Below are positions 11,991 to 21,345 of a DNA stretch of 23,935 bases, piece after piece; the stretch's first letter is position 1; each line of letters opens with the position of its first letter. This DNA is from a virus (Duplodnaviria; Heunggongvirae; Uroviricota; Caudoviricetes). The position numbers and the translations under genes were made by a program. The stretch spans positions 1 to 23,935 of IMG/VR virus record IMGVR_UViG_2563366864_000005, one strand, 5' to 3'. The notes under the pieces are model-generated. The model was not told where the DNA came from. It was given only the letters and a program-made list of their open reading frames with translations, and made no database searches.

Positions 11991-12734
11991 ATGACACAGA
12001 CAGAATCAGCGATTCTGGCGCACGCCCGGCGATGTGCGCCAGCGGAGTCGTGCGGCTTCGTGGTGAGAACGCCGGAGGGGGAAAGATATTTTCCCGGCGT
12101 GAATATTTCCGGTGAGCCGGAGGCGTATTTCCGTATGTCGCCGGAGGACTGGCTGCAGGCAGAAATGCAGGGTGAGATTGTGGCGCTGGTCCACAGCCAC
12201 CCCGGTGGTCTGCCCTGGCTGAGTGAGGCCGACCGGCGGCTGCAGGTGCAGAGTGATTTGCCGTGGTGGCTGGTCTGCCGGGGAGTGATTCATAAGTTCC
12301 GCTGTGTGCCGCATCTCACCGGGCGGCGCTTTGAGCACGGGGCGACGGACTGTTACACGCTGTTCCGGGATGCTTATCATCTGGCGGGGATTGAGATGCC
12401 GGATTTTCATCGCGGGGATGACTGGTGGCGTCACGGTCAGAATCTCTATCTGGATAATCTGGAGGCAACGGGGCTGTATCAGGTGCCGTTGTCATCGGCG
12501 CAGCCGGGCGATGTGCTGCTGTGCTGCTTTGGTTCATCGGTGCCGAATCATGCCGCTATTTACTGTGGTGATGGCGAGCTGCTGCACCATATTCCTGAAC
12601 AACTGAGCAAACGAGAGAGGTATACCGACAAATGGCAGCGACGCACACACTCCCTCTGGCGTCACCGGGCATGGCACGCATCTGCCTTTACGGGGATTTA
12701 CAACGATTTGGCCGCCGCATCGACCTTCGTGTGA
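11991..12734 (+). CDS. K: Tail tip assembly protein K with JAB/MPN metalloprotease-like and NlpC/P60-like regions (long form; lambda-annotated internal start would be 12135)
   Basis: Full ORF 247 aa from an ATG 6 nt after the L stop; JAMM-type motif HSHPGGLPWLSEAD at residues 68-81 with candidate upstream Glu19; Cys/His region GATDCYTLF...HHIPE; the lambda-style start MSPEDWLQ is ATG 12135; 3' end overlaps I by 103 nt. Confidence 0.88.
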   Translation: MTQTESAILAHARRCAPAESCGFVVRTPEGERYFPGVNISGEPEAYFRMSPEDWLQAEMQGEIVALVHSHPGGLPWLSEADRRLQVQSDLPWWLVCRGVIHKFRCVPHLTGRRFEHGATDCYTLFRDAYHLAGIEMPDFHRGDDWWRHGQNLYLDNLEATGLYQVPLSSAQPGDVLLCCFGSSVPNHAAIYCGDGELLHHIPEQLSKRERYTDKWQRRTHSLWRHRAWHASAFTGIYNDLAAASTFV

Positions 12735-13273
12735 AAACGGGGGCTGAAGCCATCCGGGCACTGGCCACACAGCTCCCGGCGTTTCGTCAGAAACTGAATG
12801 ACGGCTGGTATCAGGTGCGCATTGCCGGGCGTGATGCAGGAGAAAACGAATTATCTGCCCGTCTTAATGAGCCGCTGGCAAATGGTGCCGTGATCCACAT
12901 CGTACCGCGTCTGGCGGGTGCCAAAAGTGGCGGTATTTTTCAGGCAGTGCTGGGTGCGGCGCTAATTGCTACGGCAATCTGGATGCCGGGGCTTAGTATT
13001 GTTGCAAGTAATCTCATGTTCTCTCTTGGGGCAGGTATGGTTTTAGGCGGTGTTGCGCAGATGCTGGCACCGAAAGCCAAAACGCCTAAAGTGTCAGCCA
13101 CTGATAACGGTAAGCAAAATACCTATTTTTCCTCATTGGATAACATGGTTGCCCAGGGCAATGTCCTGCCTGTTCTGTACGGTGAAATGCGCGTGGGGTC
13201 ACGTGTGGCATCTCAGGAGATTAGCACGGCAGATGAAGGGGATGGTGGTCAGGTTGTGGTAATTGGGCGGTAA
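12632..13273 (+). CDS. I: Tail tip assembly protein I
   Basis: 213 aa, MAATHTLPLASPGMARICLYGDLQRFGRRIDLRVKTGAEAIRALATQLPAFRQKL...; lambda gpI homologue. Confidence 0.93.
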   Translation: MAATHTLPLASPGMARICLYGDLQRFGRRIDLRVKTGAEAIRALATQLPAFRQKLNDGWYQVRIAGRDAGENELSARLNEPLANGAVIHIVPRLAGAKSGGIFQAVLGAALIATAIWMPGLSIVASNLMFSLGAGMVLGGVAQMLAPKAKTPKVSATDNGKQNTYFSSLDNMVAQGNVLPVLYGEMRVGSRVASQEISTADEGDGGQVVVIGR

Positions 13274-13345
13274 TATTATTTACTCATGTTCTAACTGATT
13301 TAATATTTATATCGAACACTGATAATTATTCTGTTGGTTAGCTAT

Positions 13346-13684
13346 ATGAACAAAACGATTTTATTCTGCACGATTATTGCCTTAACAGGATGTAAATCTT
13401 TGGATTACGTAAAATCCGGCAAGCCTGTAATGGAAGGTAATTCATTAAAAAATATTGATGTATTGTCAGGCTGCATATCCAGACAATGGGCTGGTAATGG
13501 AACACCTATAACATCCATTCCTATTGAGAATGGGGTAAGCCTTTTAGTTCCACAGGCTATGGGTGGGTATGATGTTGTGCTTGATATCAAAAAAGCAGGA
13601 AATGGCAGTAGTTTTACTCTTTATGAACGCGTACCAGCATTAACGCCAAAAATTTTTGCTGATAGTGTTAATGCATGTAAATAA
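13346..13684 (+). CDS. Small lipoprotein of unknown function (moron between I and J)
   Basis: ORF track starts at TTG 13334; first ATG at 13346 gives MNKTILFCTIIALTGCKS..., i.e. a signal peptide with lipobox LTGC and Lys at +2; markedly AT-rich versus neighbours; absent from lambda, where I and J are about 60 bp apart. Confidence 0.7.
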   Translation: MNKTILFCTIIALTGCKSLDYVKSGKPVMEGNSLKNIDVLSGCISRQWAGNGTPITSIPIENGVSLLVPQAMGGYDVVLDIKKAGNGSSFTLYERVPALTPKIFADSVNACK

Positions 13685-13708
13685 TAGTTAATCCTGCCGT
13701 AACTCATG

Positions 13709-13737
13709 AGCCGCCTTTTGGGCGGCTTTGTTGTTTA
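13709..13737 (+). terminator. Intrinsic terminator after the lipoprotein moron
   Basis: agccgcc(13709-13715) / ttttg / ggcggct(13721-13727) followed by ttgttgttt. Confidence 0.6.
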
Positions 13738-13750
13738 TGGAGTGTGAGGA

Positions 13751-16700
13751 ATGGGTAAAGGCAGCAGTAAGGGGCATACCCCGCGCGAAGCGAAGGACAA
13801 CCTGAAATCCACGCAGTTGCTGAGTGTGATCGATGTCATCAGCGAAGGTCCGGTTGAAGGTCCGGTGGAGGGATTAAAAAGCGTGCTGCTGAACAGTACG
13901 CCGGTGCTGGACACTGAGGGGAATACCAACATATCCGGTGTCACGGTGGTGTTCCGTGCCGGTGAGCAGGAGCAGACACCGCCGGAGGGGTTTGAATCCT
14001 CCGGCTCCGAGACGGTGCTCGGTACGGAAGTGAAATACGACACGCCGATCACCCGGACCATCACGTCGGCAAACATTGACCGACTGCGTTTTACCTTCGG
14101 CGTGCAGGCACTGGTGGAAACCACCTCAAAGGGGGACAGGAATCCGTCGGAAGTCCGCCTGCTGGTTCAGATACAGCGTAACGGTGGCTGGGTGACGGAA
14201 AAAGACATCACCATTAAGGGCAAAACCACCTCGCAGTATCTGGCCTCGGTGGTGGTGGGTAACCTGCCGCCGCGCCCGTTTAATATCCGGATGCGCAGGA
14301 TGACGCCGGACAGCACCACAGACCAGCTGCTGAACAAAACGCTCTGGTCGTCATACACCGAAATCATCGATGTGAAACAGTGCTACCCGAACACGGCACT
14401 GGTCGGCGTGCAGGTGGACTCGGAACAGTTCGGCAGTCAGCAGGTGAGCCGTAATTATCATCTTCGCGGGCGCATTCTGCAGGTGCCGTCGAACTATAAC
14501 CCGCAGACGCGGCAATACAGCGGTATCTGGGACGGAACGTTAAAACCGGCATACAGCAACAACATGGCCTGGTGTCTGTGGGATATGCTGACCCATCCGC
14601 GCTACGGCATGGGGAAACGTCTTGGTGCGGCGGATGTGGATAAATGGGCGCTGTATGTCATCGGCCAGTACTGCGACCAGTCGGTGCCGGACGGCTTTGG
14701 CGGCACGGAGCCGCGCATTACCTGTAATGCGTACCTGACCACACAGCGCAAGGCGTGGGATGTGCTCAGTGATTTCTGCTCGGCGATGCGCTGTATGCCG
14801 GTATGGAACGGGCAGACGCTGACGTTCGTGCAGGACCGACCATCAGATAAGGTGTGGACCTATAACCGCAGTAATGTGGTGATGCCGGATGATGGCGCGC
14901 CGTTCCGCTACAGCTTCAGCGCCCTGAAGGACCGCCATAATGCCGTTGAGGTGAACTGGATTGACCCGGATAACGGCTGGGAGACGGCGACAGAGCTCGT
15001 GGAGGATACGCAGGCCATTGCCCGTTACGGCCGTAACGTCACGAAGATGGATGCCTTTGGCTGTACCAGCCGGGGGCAGGCACACCGCGCCGGGCTGTGG
15101 CTGATTAAAACGGAGCTGCTGGAAACGCAGACCGTGGACTTCAGCGTGGGTGCTGAAGGGCTTCGCCATGTACCGGGGGATGTCATTGAAATCTGCGATG
15201 ATGACTATGCCGGTATCAGCACCGGTGGTCGTGTGCTGGCGGTGAACAGCCAGACCCGGACGCTGACGCTCGACCGTGAAATCACGCTGCCATCCTCCGG
15301 TACCACGCTGATAAGCCTGGTTGACGGAAGTGGCAATCCGGTCAGCGTGGAGGTTCAGTCCGTCACCGACGGCGTGAAGGTGAAAGTGAGCCGTGTTCCT
15401 GACGGTGTTGCTGAATACAGCGTATGGGGGCTGAAGCTGCCGACGCTGCGCCAGCGACTGTTCCGCTGCGTGAGTATCCGTGAAAACGACGACGGCACGT
15501 ATGCCATCACCGCCGTGCAGCATGTGCCGGAAAAAGAGACCATCGTGGATAACGGGGCGCACTTTGACGGCGAACAGAGTGGCACGGTGAATGGTGTCAC
15601 GCCGCCCGCGGTGCAGCACCTGACCGCAGAAGTCACCGCAGACAGCGGGGAATATCAGGTGCTGGCGCGATGGGACACACCGAAGGTGGTGAAGGGGGTG
15701 AGCTTTATGCTTCGCCTGACCGTGGCAGCGGATGACGGCAGTGAGCGGCTGGTCAGCACGGCCAGGACGACGGAAACCACATACCGCTTCAGGCAACTGG
15801 CGCTGGGGAACTACAGGCTGACAGTCCGGGCGGTAAATGCGTGGGGGCAGCAGGGGGATCCGGCGTCGGTATCGTTCCGGATTGCCGCACCGGCAGCGCC
15901 ATCGCGGATTGAGCTGACGCCGGGCTATTTTCAGATAACCGCAACGCCGCATCTTGCCGTTTATGATCCGACGGTACAGTTTGAGTTCTGGTTCTCGGAA
16001 AAGCGGATTGCGGATATCAGGCAGGTTGAAGCCAGCGCGCGTTATCTTGGTACGGCGCTGTACTGGATAGCCGCCAGTATCAATATCAAACCGGGCCATG
16101 ATTATTATTTTTACATTCGCAGTGTGAACACCGTTGGCAAATCGGCATTTGTGGAGGCTGTTGGCCAGCCGAGTGATGATGCATCCGGCTATCTGGATTT
16201 TTTCAAAGGAGAGATAGGGAAAACCCATCTGGCTCAGGAGTTGTGGACGCAGATTGATAACGGTCAGCTTGCGCCTGACCTGGCTGAAATCAGGACGTCC
16301 ATTACGGATGTCAGCAATGAAATCACGCAGACCGTCAATAAGAAACTGGAAGACCAGAGTGCGGCGATCCAGCAGATACAGAAGGTTCAGGTTGATACAA
16401 ATAATAACCTGAACAGCATGTGGGCTGTGAAGCTGCAGCAGATGCAGGACGGACGCCTTTATATCGCGGGTATTGGTGCCGGTATTGAGAACACCCCTGA
16501 CGGCATGCAGAGTCAGGTGCTGCTGGCGGCGGACAGGATTGCGATGGTTAATCCTGCGAATGGCAACACAAAGCCGATGTTTGTTGGTCAGGGCGATCAG
16601 ATATTCATGAACGAAGTGTTCCTGAAATATCTGACGGCTCCCACCATTACCAGCGGCGGTAATCCTCCGGCATTTTCCCTGACACCGGACGGGCGGCTGA

Positions 16701-17230
16701 CGGCGAAAAATGCCGATATCAGCGGTAACGTGAATGCGAACTCCGGGACGCTCAACAACGTCACGATTAACGAGAACTGCCGGGTTCTGGGAAAACTGTC
16801 CGCGAACCAGATTGAAGGCGATCTCGTTAAAACAGTGGGCAAAGCTTTCCCCCGGGACTCCCGTGCACCGGAACGGTGGCCATCAGGGACCATTACCGTC
16901 AGGATTTATGACGATCAGCCGTTTGACCGGCAGATTGTTATTCCGGCGGTGGCATTCAGCGGCGCTAAACATGAGAGAGAGCATACTGATATTTACTCCT
17001 CATGCCGTCTGATAGTGCGGAAAAACGGTGCTGAAATTTATAACCGTACCGCGCTGGATAATACGCTGATTTACAGTGGCGTTATTGATATGCCTGCCGG
17101 TCACGGTCACATGACGCTGGAGTTTTCGGTGTCAGCATGGCTGGTAAATGACTGGTATCCCACAGCAAGTATCAGCGATTTGCTGGTTGTGGTGATGAAG
17201 AAAGCCACCGCAGGCATCAGTATCAGCTGA
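13751..17230 (+). CDS. J: Tail tip / central tail fiber host-specificity protein J
   Basis: 1159 aa, [37 protein letters not shown]...; lambda gpJ homologue (recalled as 1132 aa); fibronectin-III-like middle segment; ends ...[14 protein letters not shown]. Confidence 0.95.
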   Translation: MGKGSSKGHTPREAKDNLKSTQLLSVIDVISEGPVEGPVEGLKSVLLNSTPVLDTEGNTNISGVTVVFRAGEQEQTPPEGFESSGSETVLGTEVKYDTPITRTITSANIDRLRFTFGVQALVETTSKGDRNPSEVRLLVQIQRNGGWVTEKDITIKGKTTSQYLASVVVGNLPPRPFNIRMRRMTPDSTTDQLLNKTLWSSYTEIIDVKQCYPNTALVGVQVDSEQFGSQQVSRNYHLRGRILQVPSNYNPQTRQYSGIWDGTLKPAYSNNMAWCLWDMLTHPRYGMGKRLGAADVDKWALYVIGQYCDQSVPDGFGGTEPRITCNAYLTTQRKAWDVLSDFCSAMRCMPVWNGQTLTFVQDRPSDKVWTYNRSNVVMPDDGAPFRYSFSALKDRHNAVEVNWIDPDNGWETATELVEDTQAIARYGRNVTKMDAFGCTSRGQAHRAGLWLIKTELLETQTVDFSVGAEGLRHVPGDVIEICDDDYAGISTGGRVLAVNSQTRTLTLDREITLPSSGTTLISLVDGSGNPVSVEVQSVTDGVKVKVSRVPDGVAEYSVWGLKLPTLRQRLFRCVSIRENDDGTYAITAVQHVPEKETIVDNGAHFDGEQSGTVNGVTPPAVQHLTAEVTADSGEYQVLARWDTPKVVKGVSFMLRLTVAADDGSERLVSTARTTETTYRFRQLALGNYRLTVRAVNAWGQQGDPASVSFRIAAPAAPSRIELTPGYFQITATPHLAVYDPTVQFEFWFSEKRIADIRQVEASARYLGTALYWIAASINIKPGHDYYFYIRSVNTVGKSAFVEAVGQPSDDASGYLDFFKGEIGKTHLAQELWTQIDNGQLAPDLAEIRTSITDVSNEITQTVNKKLEDQSAAIQQIQKVQVDTNNNLNSMWAVKLQQMQDGRLYIAGIGAGIENTPDGMQSQVLLAADRIAMVNPANGNTKPMFVGQGDQIFMNEVFLKYLTAPTITSGGNPPAFSLTPDGRLTAKNADISGNVNANSGTLNNVTINENCRVLGKLSANQIEGDLVKTVGKAFPRDSRAPERWPSGTITVRIYDDQPFDRQIVIPAVAFSGAKHEREHTDIYSSCRLIVRKNGAEIYNRTALDNTLIYSGVIDMPAGHGHMTLEFSVSAWLVNDWYPTASISDLLVVVMKKATAGISIS

Positions 17231-17248
17231 ATTTTATAACCCCAATAC

Positions 17249-17275
17249 GGGCGTCAGAAATGACGCCTTTTTTAT
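17249..17275 (+). terminator. Intrinsic terminator after J
   Basis: ggcgtca(17249-17255) / gaaa tetraloop / tgacgcc(17260-17266) followed by ttttttatt. Confidence 0.7.
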
Positions 17276-17297
17276 TGCAGAAAAGCGAGAGGTAATT

Positions 17298-17897
17298 ATG
17301 CGTAAATTATGTGCTGTTATTCTGTCCGCAGTAGTCTGGCTGGTTGCCGCTGGTACGCCAGCGAGCGCAGCAGAGCATCAGTCCACACTAAGCGCCGGGT
17401 ATCTTCAGACCCATACTGATATGCCAGGCAGTGATGACCTGAAGGGCATTAACGTGAAATACCGTTATGAATTTACGGACACGCTGGGGCTGGTGACGTC
17501 ATTCAGTTATGCCAATGCCAAAGATGAGCAAAAAACGCATTACAGCGATACCCGCTGGCATGAAGATTCCGTGCGTAACCGCTGGTTCAGCATGATGGCG
17601 GGGCCATCTGTACGCGTGAATGAATGGTTCAGTGCTTATGCGATGGCGGGTATGGCTTACAGCCGTGTGTCGACCTTCTCCGGGGATTATCTCCGCGTAA
17701 CTGACAACGAGGGGAAAACGCACGATGCGCTGACCGGAAGTGATGACGGTCGCCACAGCAACACGTCTCTGGCGTGGGGAGCTGGCGTGCAGTTTAATCC
17801 GACCGAATCCGTGGCCATTGATATTGCTTATGAAGGCTCCGGCAGTGGCGACTGGCGCACTGACGGTTTCATCGTGGGTGTCGGTTATAAGTTCTGA
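17298..17897 (+). CDS. lom: Outer-membrane beta-barrel protein Lom (Ail/Lom/PagC family), lysogenic-conversion moron
   Basis: 199 aa, signal peptide MRKLCAVILSAVVWLVAAGTPASA; C-terminus ...AIDIAYEGSGSGDWRTDGFIVGVGYKF matches the C-terminus of lambda Lom as I recall it; same position after J. Confidence 0.9.
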   Translation: MRKLCAVILSAVVWLVAAGTPASAAEHQSTLSAGYLQTHTDMPGSDDLKGINVKYRYEFTDTLGLVTSFSYANAKDEQKTHYSDTRWHEDSVRNRWFSMMAGPSVRVNEWFSAYAMAGMAYSRVSTFSGDYLRVTDNEGKTHDALTGSDDGRHSNTSLAWGAGVQFNPTESVAIDIAYEGSGSGDWRTDGFIVGVGYKF

Positions 17898-17923
17898 TTA
17901 GCCAGGTAACACAGTGTTATGAC

Positions 17924-17952
17924 AGCCCGCCGGTTCAGGCGGGCTTTTTTGT
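17924..17952 (+). terminator. Intrinsic terminator after lom
   Basis: agcccgcc(17924-17931) / ggttca / ggcgggct(17938-17945) followed by tttttt. Confidence 0.7.
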
Positions 17953-17961
17953 GGAGTGGAT

Positions 17962-20343
17962 ATGGCAGCAGTAAAAATCTCAGGTGTGCTGAAAGATGGT
18001 GCGGGAAAACCAATACAGAACTGCACTATTCAACTGAAGGCAAAGCGTAACAGCACCACGGTACTGGTGAACACGGTTGCCTCTGAAAATCCGGATGAAG
18101 CCGGGCGTTACAGCATGGATGTTGAGTATGGTCAGTACAGCGTTATCCTGCTTGTTGAAGGTTTTCCGCCTTCACATGCCGGGACCATTACCGTCTATGA
18201 AGGCTCCAGACCAGGTACGCTGAATGATTTTCTCGGTGCCATGACGGAAGATGATGTCATGCCGGAGGCATTGCGTCGTTTTGAGGAAATGGTGGAAGAA
18301 GCGGCACGCAACGCTGAAGCCGCCTCTCAGAGCGCAGCGGCGGCAAAGAAATCCGAAACTGCAGCGGCATCATCGAAGAATGCGGCGAAAACCTCAGAAA
18401 CGAATGCAGCTAACAGCGCACAGGCGGCAGCGGCCTCGCAGACTGCATCGGCAAACTCCGCGACAGCAGCCAAAAAATCAGAAACCAACGCGAAAAACAG
18501 CGAGACAGCCGCAAAGACGAGCGAAACCAACGCAAAGTCCAGCCAGACGGCAGCGAAAACCAGCGAAACGAATGCCAAAGCCAGTGAAACTGCGGCGAAA
18601 AACAGCCAGGATGCAGCGGCCCAAAGCGAGAGTGACGCAGCTGGTTCTGCAAGTGCGGCGGCTTCTTCTGCCACTGCATCAGCCAACAGTCAAAAAGCTG
18701 CAAAAACCAGCGAAACCAACGCAAAGTCCAGCCAGACGGCAGCGAAAACCAGCGAAACGAATGCCAAAGCCAGTGAAACTGCGGCGAAAAGCAGTCAGGA
18801 TGCAGCAGCCGAAAGCGAGAGTGCTGCAGCTGGCTCTGCAAGCGCGGCGGCTGCTTCTGCCACTGCATCAGCCAACAGTCAAAAAGCTGCAAAAACCAGT
18901 GAAACCAACGCAAAGGCGAGTGAGACTGCGGCGGCTAACTCGGCGAAAGCATCCGCTGCAAGCCAGACGGCTGCAAAAGCAAGTGAAGACGCAGCCAGAG
19001 AGTATGCAAGCCAGGCTGCGGAGCCGTATAAACAAGTATTGCAGCCGCTTCCCGATGTGTGGATACCGTTTAACGATTCACTGGATATGATTACGGGCTT
19101 TTCGCCGTCATATAAAAAGATTGTTATTGGTGATGATGAAATAACGATGCCTGGCGATAAGATTGTAAAGTTTAAACGCGCATCAAAAGCAACTTACATT
19201 AATAAATCTGGTGTGCTGACAGAGGCTGCCATTGACGAGCCACGGTTTGAATGTGATGGCCTGCTTATTGAGGGGCAAAGAACAAACTACATGCTCAATT
19301 CGGAAAACCCTGCCAGTTGGGGGCGATCGTCAAATATGGATGTGCCCGAAACAGGGACGGATAGTTTTGGTTTTACCTATGGAAAGTTTGTCTGCAACGA
19401 TTCTCTGATTGGGCAAACCTCAGCCATTAATATGGCATCAATTGCTGCAACAAAGTCAGTTGATGTCTCAGGCGATAATAAACACGTGACAACCTCATGT
19501 CGTTTTAAAACAGAACTGCAGGTAAGGTTGCGTATCCGGTTTGATAAATATGACGGTAGCGCAACAACTTTTCTTGGTGATGCGTATATTGATACACAAA
19601 CGCTTGAAATTAATATGACAGGCGGTGCTGCCTCAAGGATTACTGCGAGAGTCAGAAAGGACGAAGCTACCGGATGGATTTTTGCAGAGGCAACAATTCA
19701 GGCAATTGATGGGGAGTTAAAAATAGGTTCTCAGATACAGTATTCTCCTAAGCAGGGCGGGGCAACCGTATCTGGTGACTATATTTATCTGGCCACCCCA
19801 CAAGTAGAAAATGGGCCTTGTGTATCATCTTTTATTATATCAGGAACGACGGCGGCGACCCGCGCAAGCGATATAGTTACAGTTCCCATTAAGAATAATC
19901 TTTATAATCTTCCTTTTACGGTTCTTTGTGAGGTACATAAGAACTGGTATAAAACGCCAAATGCAGCGCCGCGTGTTTTTGATACAGGCGGTCATCAAAC
20001 CGGAGCGGCTATTATTCTTGGGTTCGGATCTTCGGCAGATGGGCCAGACGGATTTCCTTATTGCGATATTGGAGGAGCTAACAGACGGGTAAACGAAAAC
20101 GCATCGCTTGAAAAAATGGTTATGGGGATGCGTGTAAAATCAGATCAGTCTACGTGCTCAGTAAGTAACGGGCGCATATCCAGCGAAAAAAAGACTACGT
20201 GGTCCTATATTCAGAACTCTGCAACCATCCGTATTGGAGGCCAGACTACAGCAGGGTTACGTCATTTATTTGGTCATATCAGGAATTTCAGAATATGGCA
20301 CAAGGCATTGACTGATGCTCAGGTGGGGGAGTCAATCCAATGA
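17962..20343 (+). CDS. stf: Side tail fiber protein: lambda Stf-like N-terminal anchor, Ser/Ala/Thr-rich repeat shaft, divergent C-terminal receptor-binding region with concanavalin-A/LamG-like motif
   Basis: ATG 17962 with GGAG 8 nt upstream (track start is GTG 17956); N-terminus MAAVKISGVLKDGAGKPIQNCTIQLKAKRNSTTVLVNTVASENPDEAGRYSMDVEYGQYSVIL matches lambda Stf; SETNAK-type repeats in the middle; C-terminal ...LRHLFGHIRNFRIWHKALTDAQV resembles the lectin/LamG-like jelly-roll signature. Confidence 0.85.
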   Translation: MAAVKISGVLKDGAGKPIQNCTIQLKAKRNSTTVLVNTVASENPDEAGRYSMDVEYGQYSVILLVEGFPPSHAGTITVYEGSRPGTLNDFLGAMTEDDVMPEALRRFEEMVEEAARNAEAASQSAAAAKKSETAAASSKNAAKTSETNAANSAQAAAASQTASANSATAAKKSETNAKNSETAAKTSETNAKSSQTAAKTSETNAKASETAAKNSQDAAAQSESDAAGSASAAASSATASANSQKAAKTSETNAKSSQTAAKTSETNAKASETAAKSSQDAAAESESAAAGSASAAAASATASANSQKAAKTSETNAKASETAAANSAKASAASQTAAKASEDAAREYASQAAEPYKQVLQPLPDVWIPFNDSLDMITGFSPSYKKIVIGDDEITMPGDKIVKFKRASKATYINKSGVLTEAAIDEPRFECDGLLIEGQRTNYMLNSENPASWGRSSNMDVPETGTDSFGFTYGKFVCNDSLIGQTSAINMASIAATKSVDVSGDNKHVTTSCRFKTELQVRLRIRFDKYDGSATTFLGDAYIDTQTLEINMTGGAASRITARVRKDEATGWIFAEATIQAIDGELKIGSQIQYSPKQGGATVSGDYIYLATPQVENGPCVSSFIISGTTAATRASDIVTVPIKNNLYNLPFTVLCEVHKNWYKTPNAAPRVFDTGGHQTGAAIILGFGSSADGPDGFPYCDIGGANRRVNENASLEKMVMGMRVKSDQSTCSVSNGRISSEKKTTWSYIQNSATIRIGGQTTAGLRHLFGHIRNFRIWHKALTDAQVGESIQ
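18520..18897 (+). repeat. Two tandem copies of a 189-bp in-frame coding repeat (63 aa) inside stf, flanked by more degenerate copies
   Basis: agcgaaaccaacgcaaagtccagccagacggcagcgaaaaccagcgaaacgaatgccaaagccagtgaaactgcggcgaaaa... begins at 18520 and again at 18709 with a handful of substitutions. Confidence 0.85.
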
Positions 20344-20621
20344 AAGATTTAACACTCAAATTTGCAGACAGGGCCGACTTTTCGGCCTTTATGGAGAGCA
20401 CTGGCTATTATGATGACGAGTCGATGCAGGATAATATTCTTATTGACGTGATAGGTAACGTGTACAAAGAAACCGGAGAACTGACTGAAGATGGCGAACC
20501 GGTATGTGTTAAGGAAGACGGATATTTTGTAAACGTGCGCATCATTAATGATGCAAAAAAATCGTCAATATTCGATAAATACGCGGTTGTTGTTGAGCAT
20601 CAACTTCGTGGCTGGATGTGA
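20340..20621 (+). CDS. Hypothetical acidic 93-aa protein, translationally coupled to stf (possible fiber assembly factor)
   Basis: ATG overlaps the stf stop in an ATGA arrangement at 20340-20343; no recognisable motif; low-GC like the stf 3' end. Confidence 0.5.
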   Translation: MKDLTLKFADRADFSAFMESTGYYDDESMQDNILIDVIGNVYKETGELTEDGEPVCVKEDGYFVNVRIINDAKKSSIFDKYAVVVEHQLRGWM

Positions 20622-20630
20622 GGGAGACAA

Positions 20631-21335
20631 ATGGCTACATCGACAGTAATTCCAGGAGATATCACCACGCTAAAGGGAGATGTCAGTAAAACTAAGGAAG
20701 ATATTTCCTCAATTAACGGAAAAGTATCAACGCTTCAGACTGATATGACCAGTGCAAAGCAGGATATCAGCACCAGATACACAAAAACTGAAGTTGATAA
20801 TAAGCTGAAAAACAAACTGGAAGTGAACGATCTGGAAAGCGGTCGTTATGGTGGAGATTTTTACCCGCTGACTGGCCGTGAAGCGTTTTATTTATGGGAA
20901 TTGGGCACGACTACAGCGGCGGCAAATCTTTATCTTAATCCTGACCCTGCAATTTCGTCTGTACTGCGGTCAACATCGTCTATTCGCTATAAACATTCAG
21001 TAGAGACAATAGATTCAGAGCACGCCGATCTCATTTTCAGGATGCGCCCTGTGTGGTACAGGTCGCAATGCGAAAATGACAGGAGTGACTGGGGATTCTA
21101 CGGATTGATTGCCGAGGAAGTGGGAGAAATTGCTCCTCAGTTTGTACACTGGCGACCAGCTAACGAAGATGATGCTCCTGAAGCTATTTCCAGCAATGGC
21201 CTTGTTGCCGAAGGTGTAATGTACGAACGTCTGGTTGTTCCACTGATTCACCATATCCAGAAACTGACTGAAAGAGTTGATGAACTTGAGTCAGAGTTAA
21301 AGTTGTTATCCGTTTCCCGAAGCGATATCGAATAA
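20631..21335 (+). CDS. Coiled-coil protein carrying a C-terminal Peptidase_S74-type intramolecular chaperone domain (tail fiber/spike chaperone module)
   Basis: Shine-Dalgarno gagggag upstream of ATG; C-terminal SSIRYKHSVETIDSEHADLIFRMRPVWYR...WGFYGLIAEEVGEIAPQFV...NGLVAEGVMYERLVVPLIHHIQKLTERVDELESEL matches my recollection of the S74 domain consensus (SDxRLK ... lrPV.Y ... GliAqEV ... P.V ... dG ... vdY ... L ... eLe); N-terminal ~110 aa has fiber-like heptad repeats. Confidence 0.7.
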   Translation: MATSTVIPGDITTLKGDVSKTKEDISSINGKVSTLQTDMTSAKQDISTRYTKTEVDNKLKNKLEVNDLESGRYGGDFYPLTGREAFYLWELGTTTAAANLYLNPDPAISSVLRSTSSIRYKHSVETIDSEHADLIFRMRPVWYRSQCENDRSDWGFYGLIAEEVGEIAPQFVHWRPANEDDAPEAISSNGLVAEGVMYERLVVPLIHHIQKLTERVDELESELKLLSVSRSDIE

Positions 21336-21345
21336 AGGAGGCGTA

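Noticed and set aside
14843-16228. 461-aa ORF on the - strand inside J
   Set aside because: Antisense shadow ORF within a high-GC gene whose + strand frame is a clear J homologue; no start context; Arg/Pro/Gly-rich composition typical of wrong-frame translation.
18520-18897. Tandem direct repeats as a possible CRISPR array
   Set aside because: Only two 189-bp units, no short repeat-spacer periodicity, and the repeats are in-frame coding sequence of the fiber.
18251-19090. 279-aa Arg/Lys/Pro-rich + strand ORF, and - strand ORFs 18327-18686 and 18410-18913, over the stf repeat region
   Set aside because: Alternate-frame artefacts of the repetitive GC-rich stf shaft; the stf frame is continuous and homologous to lambda Stf across this interval.
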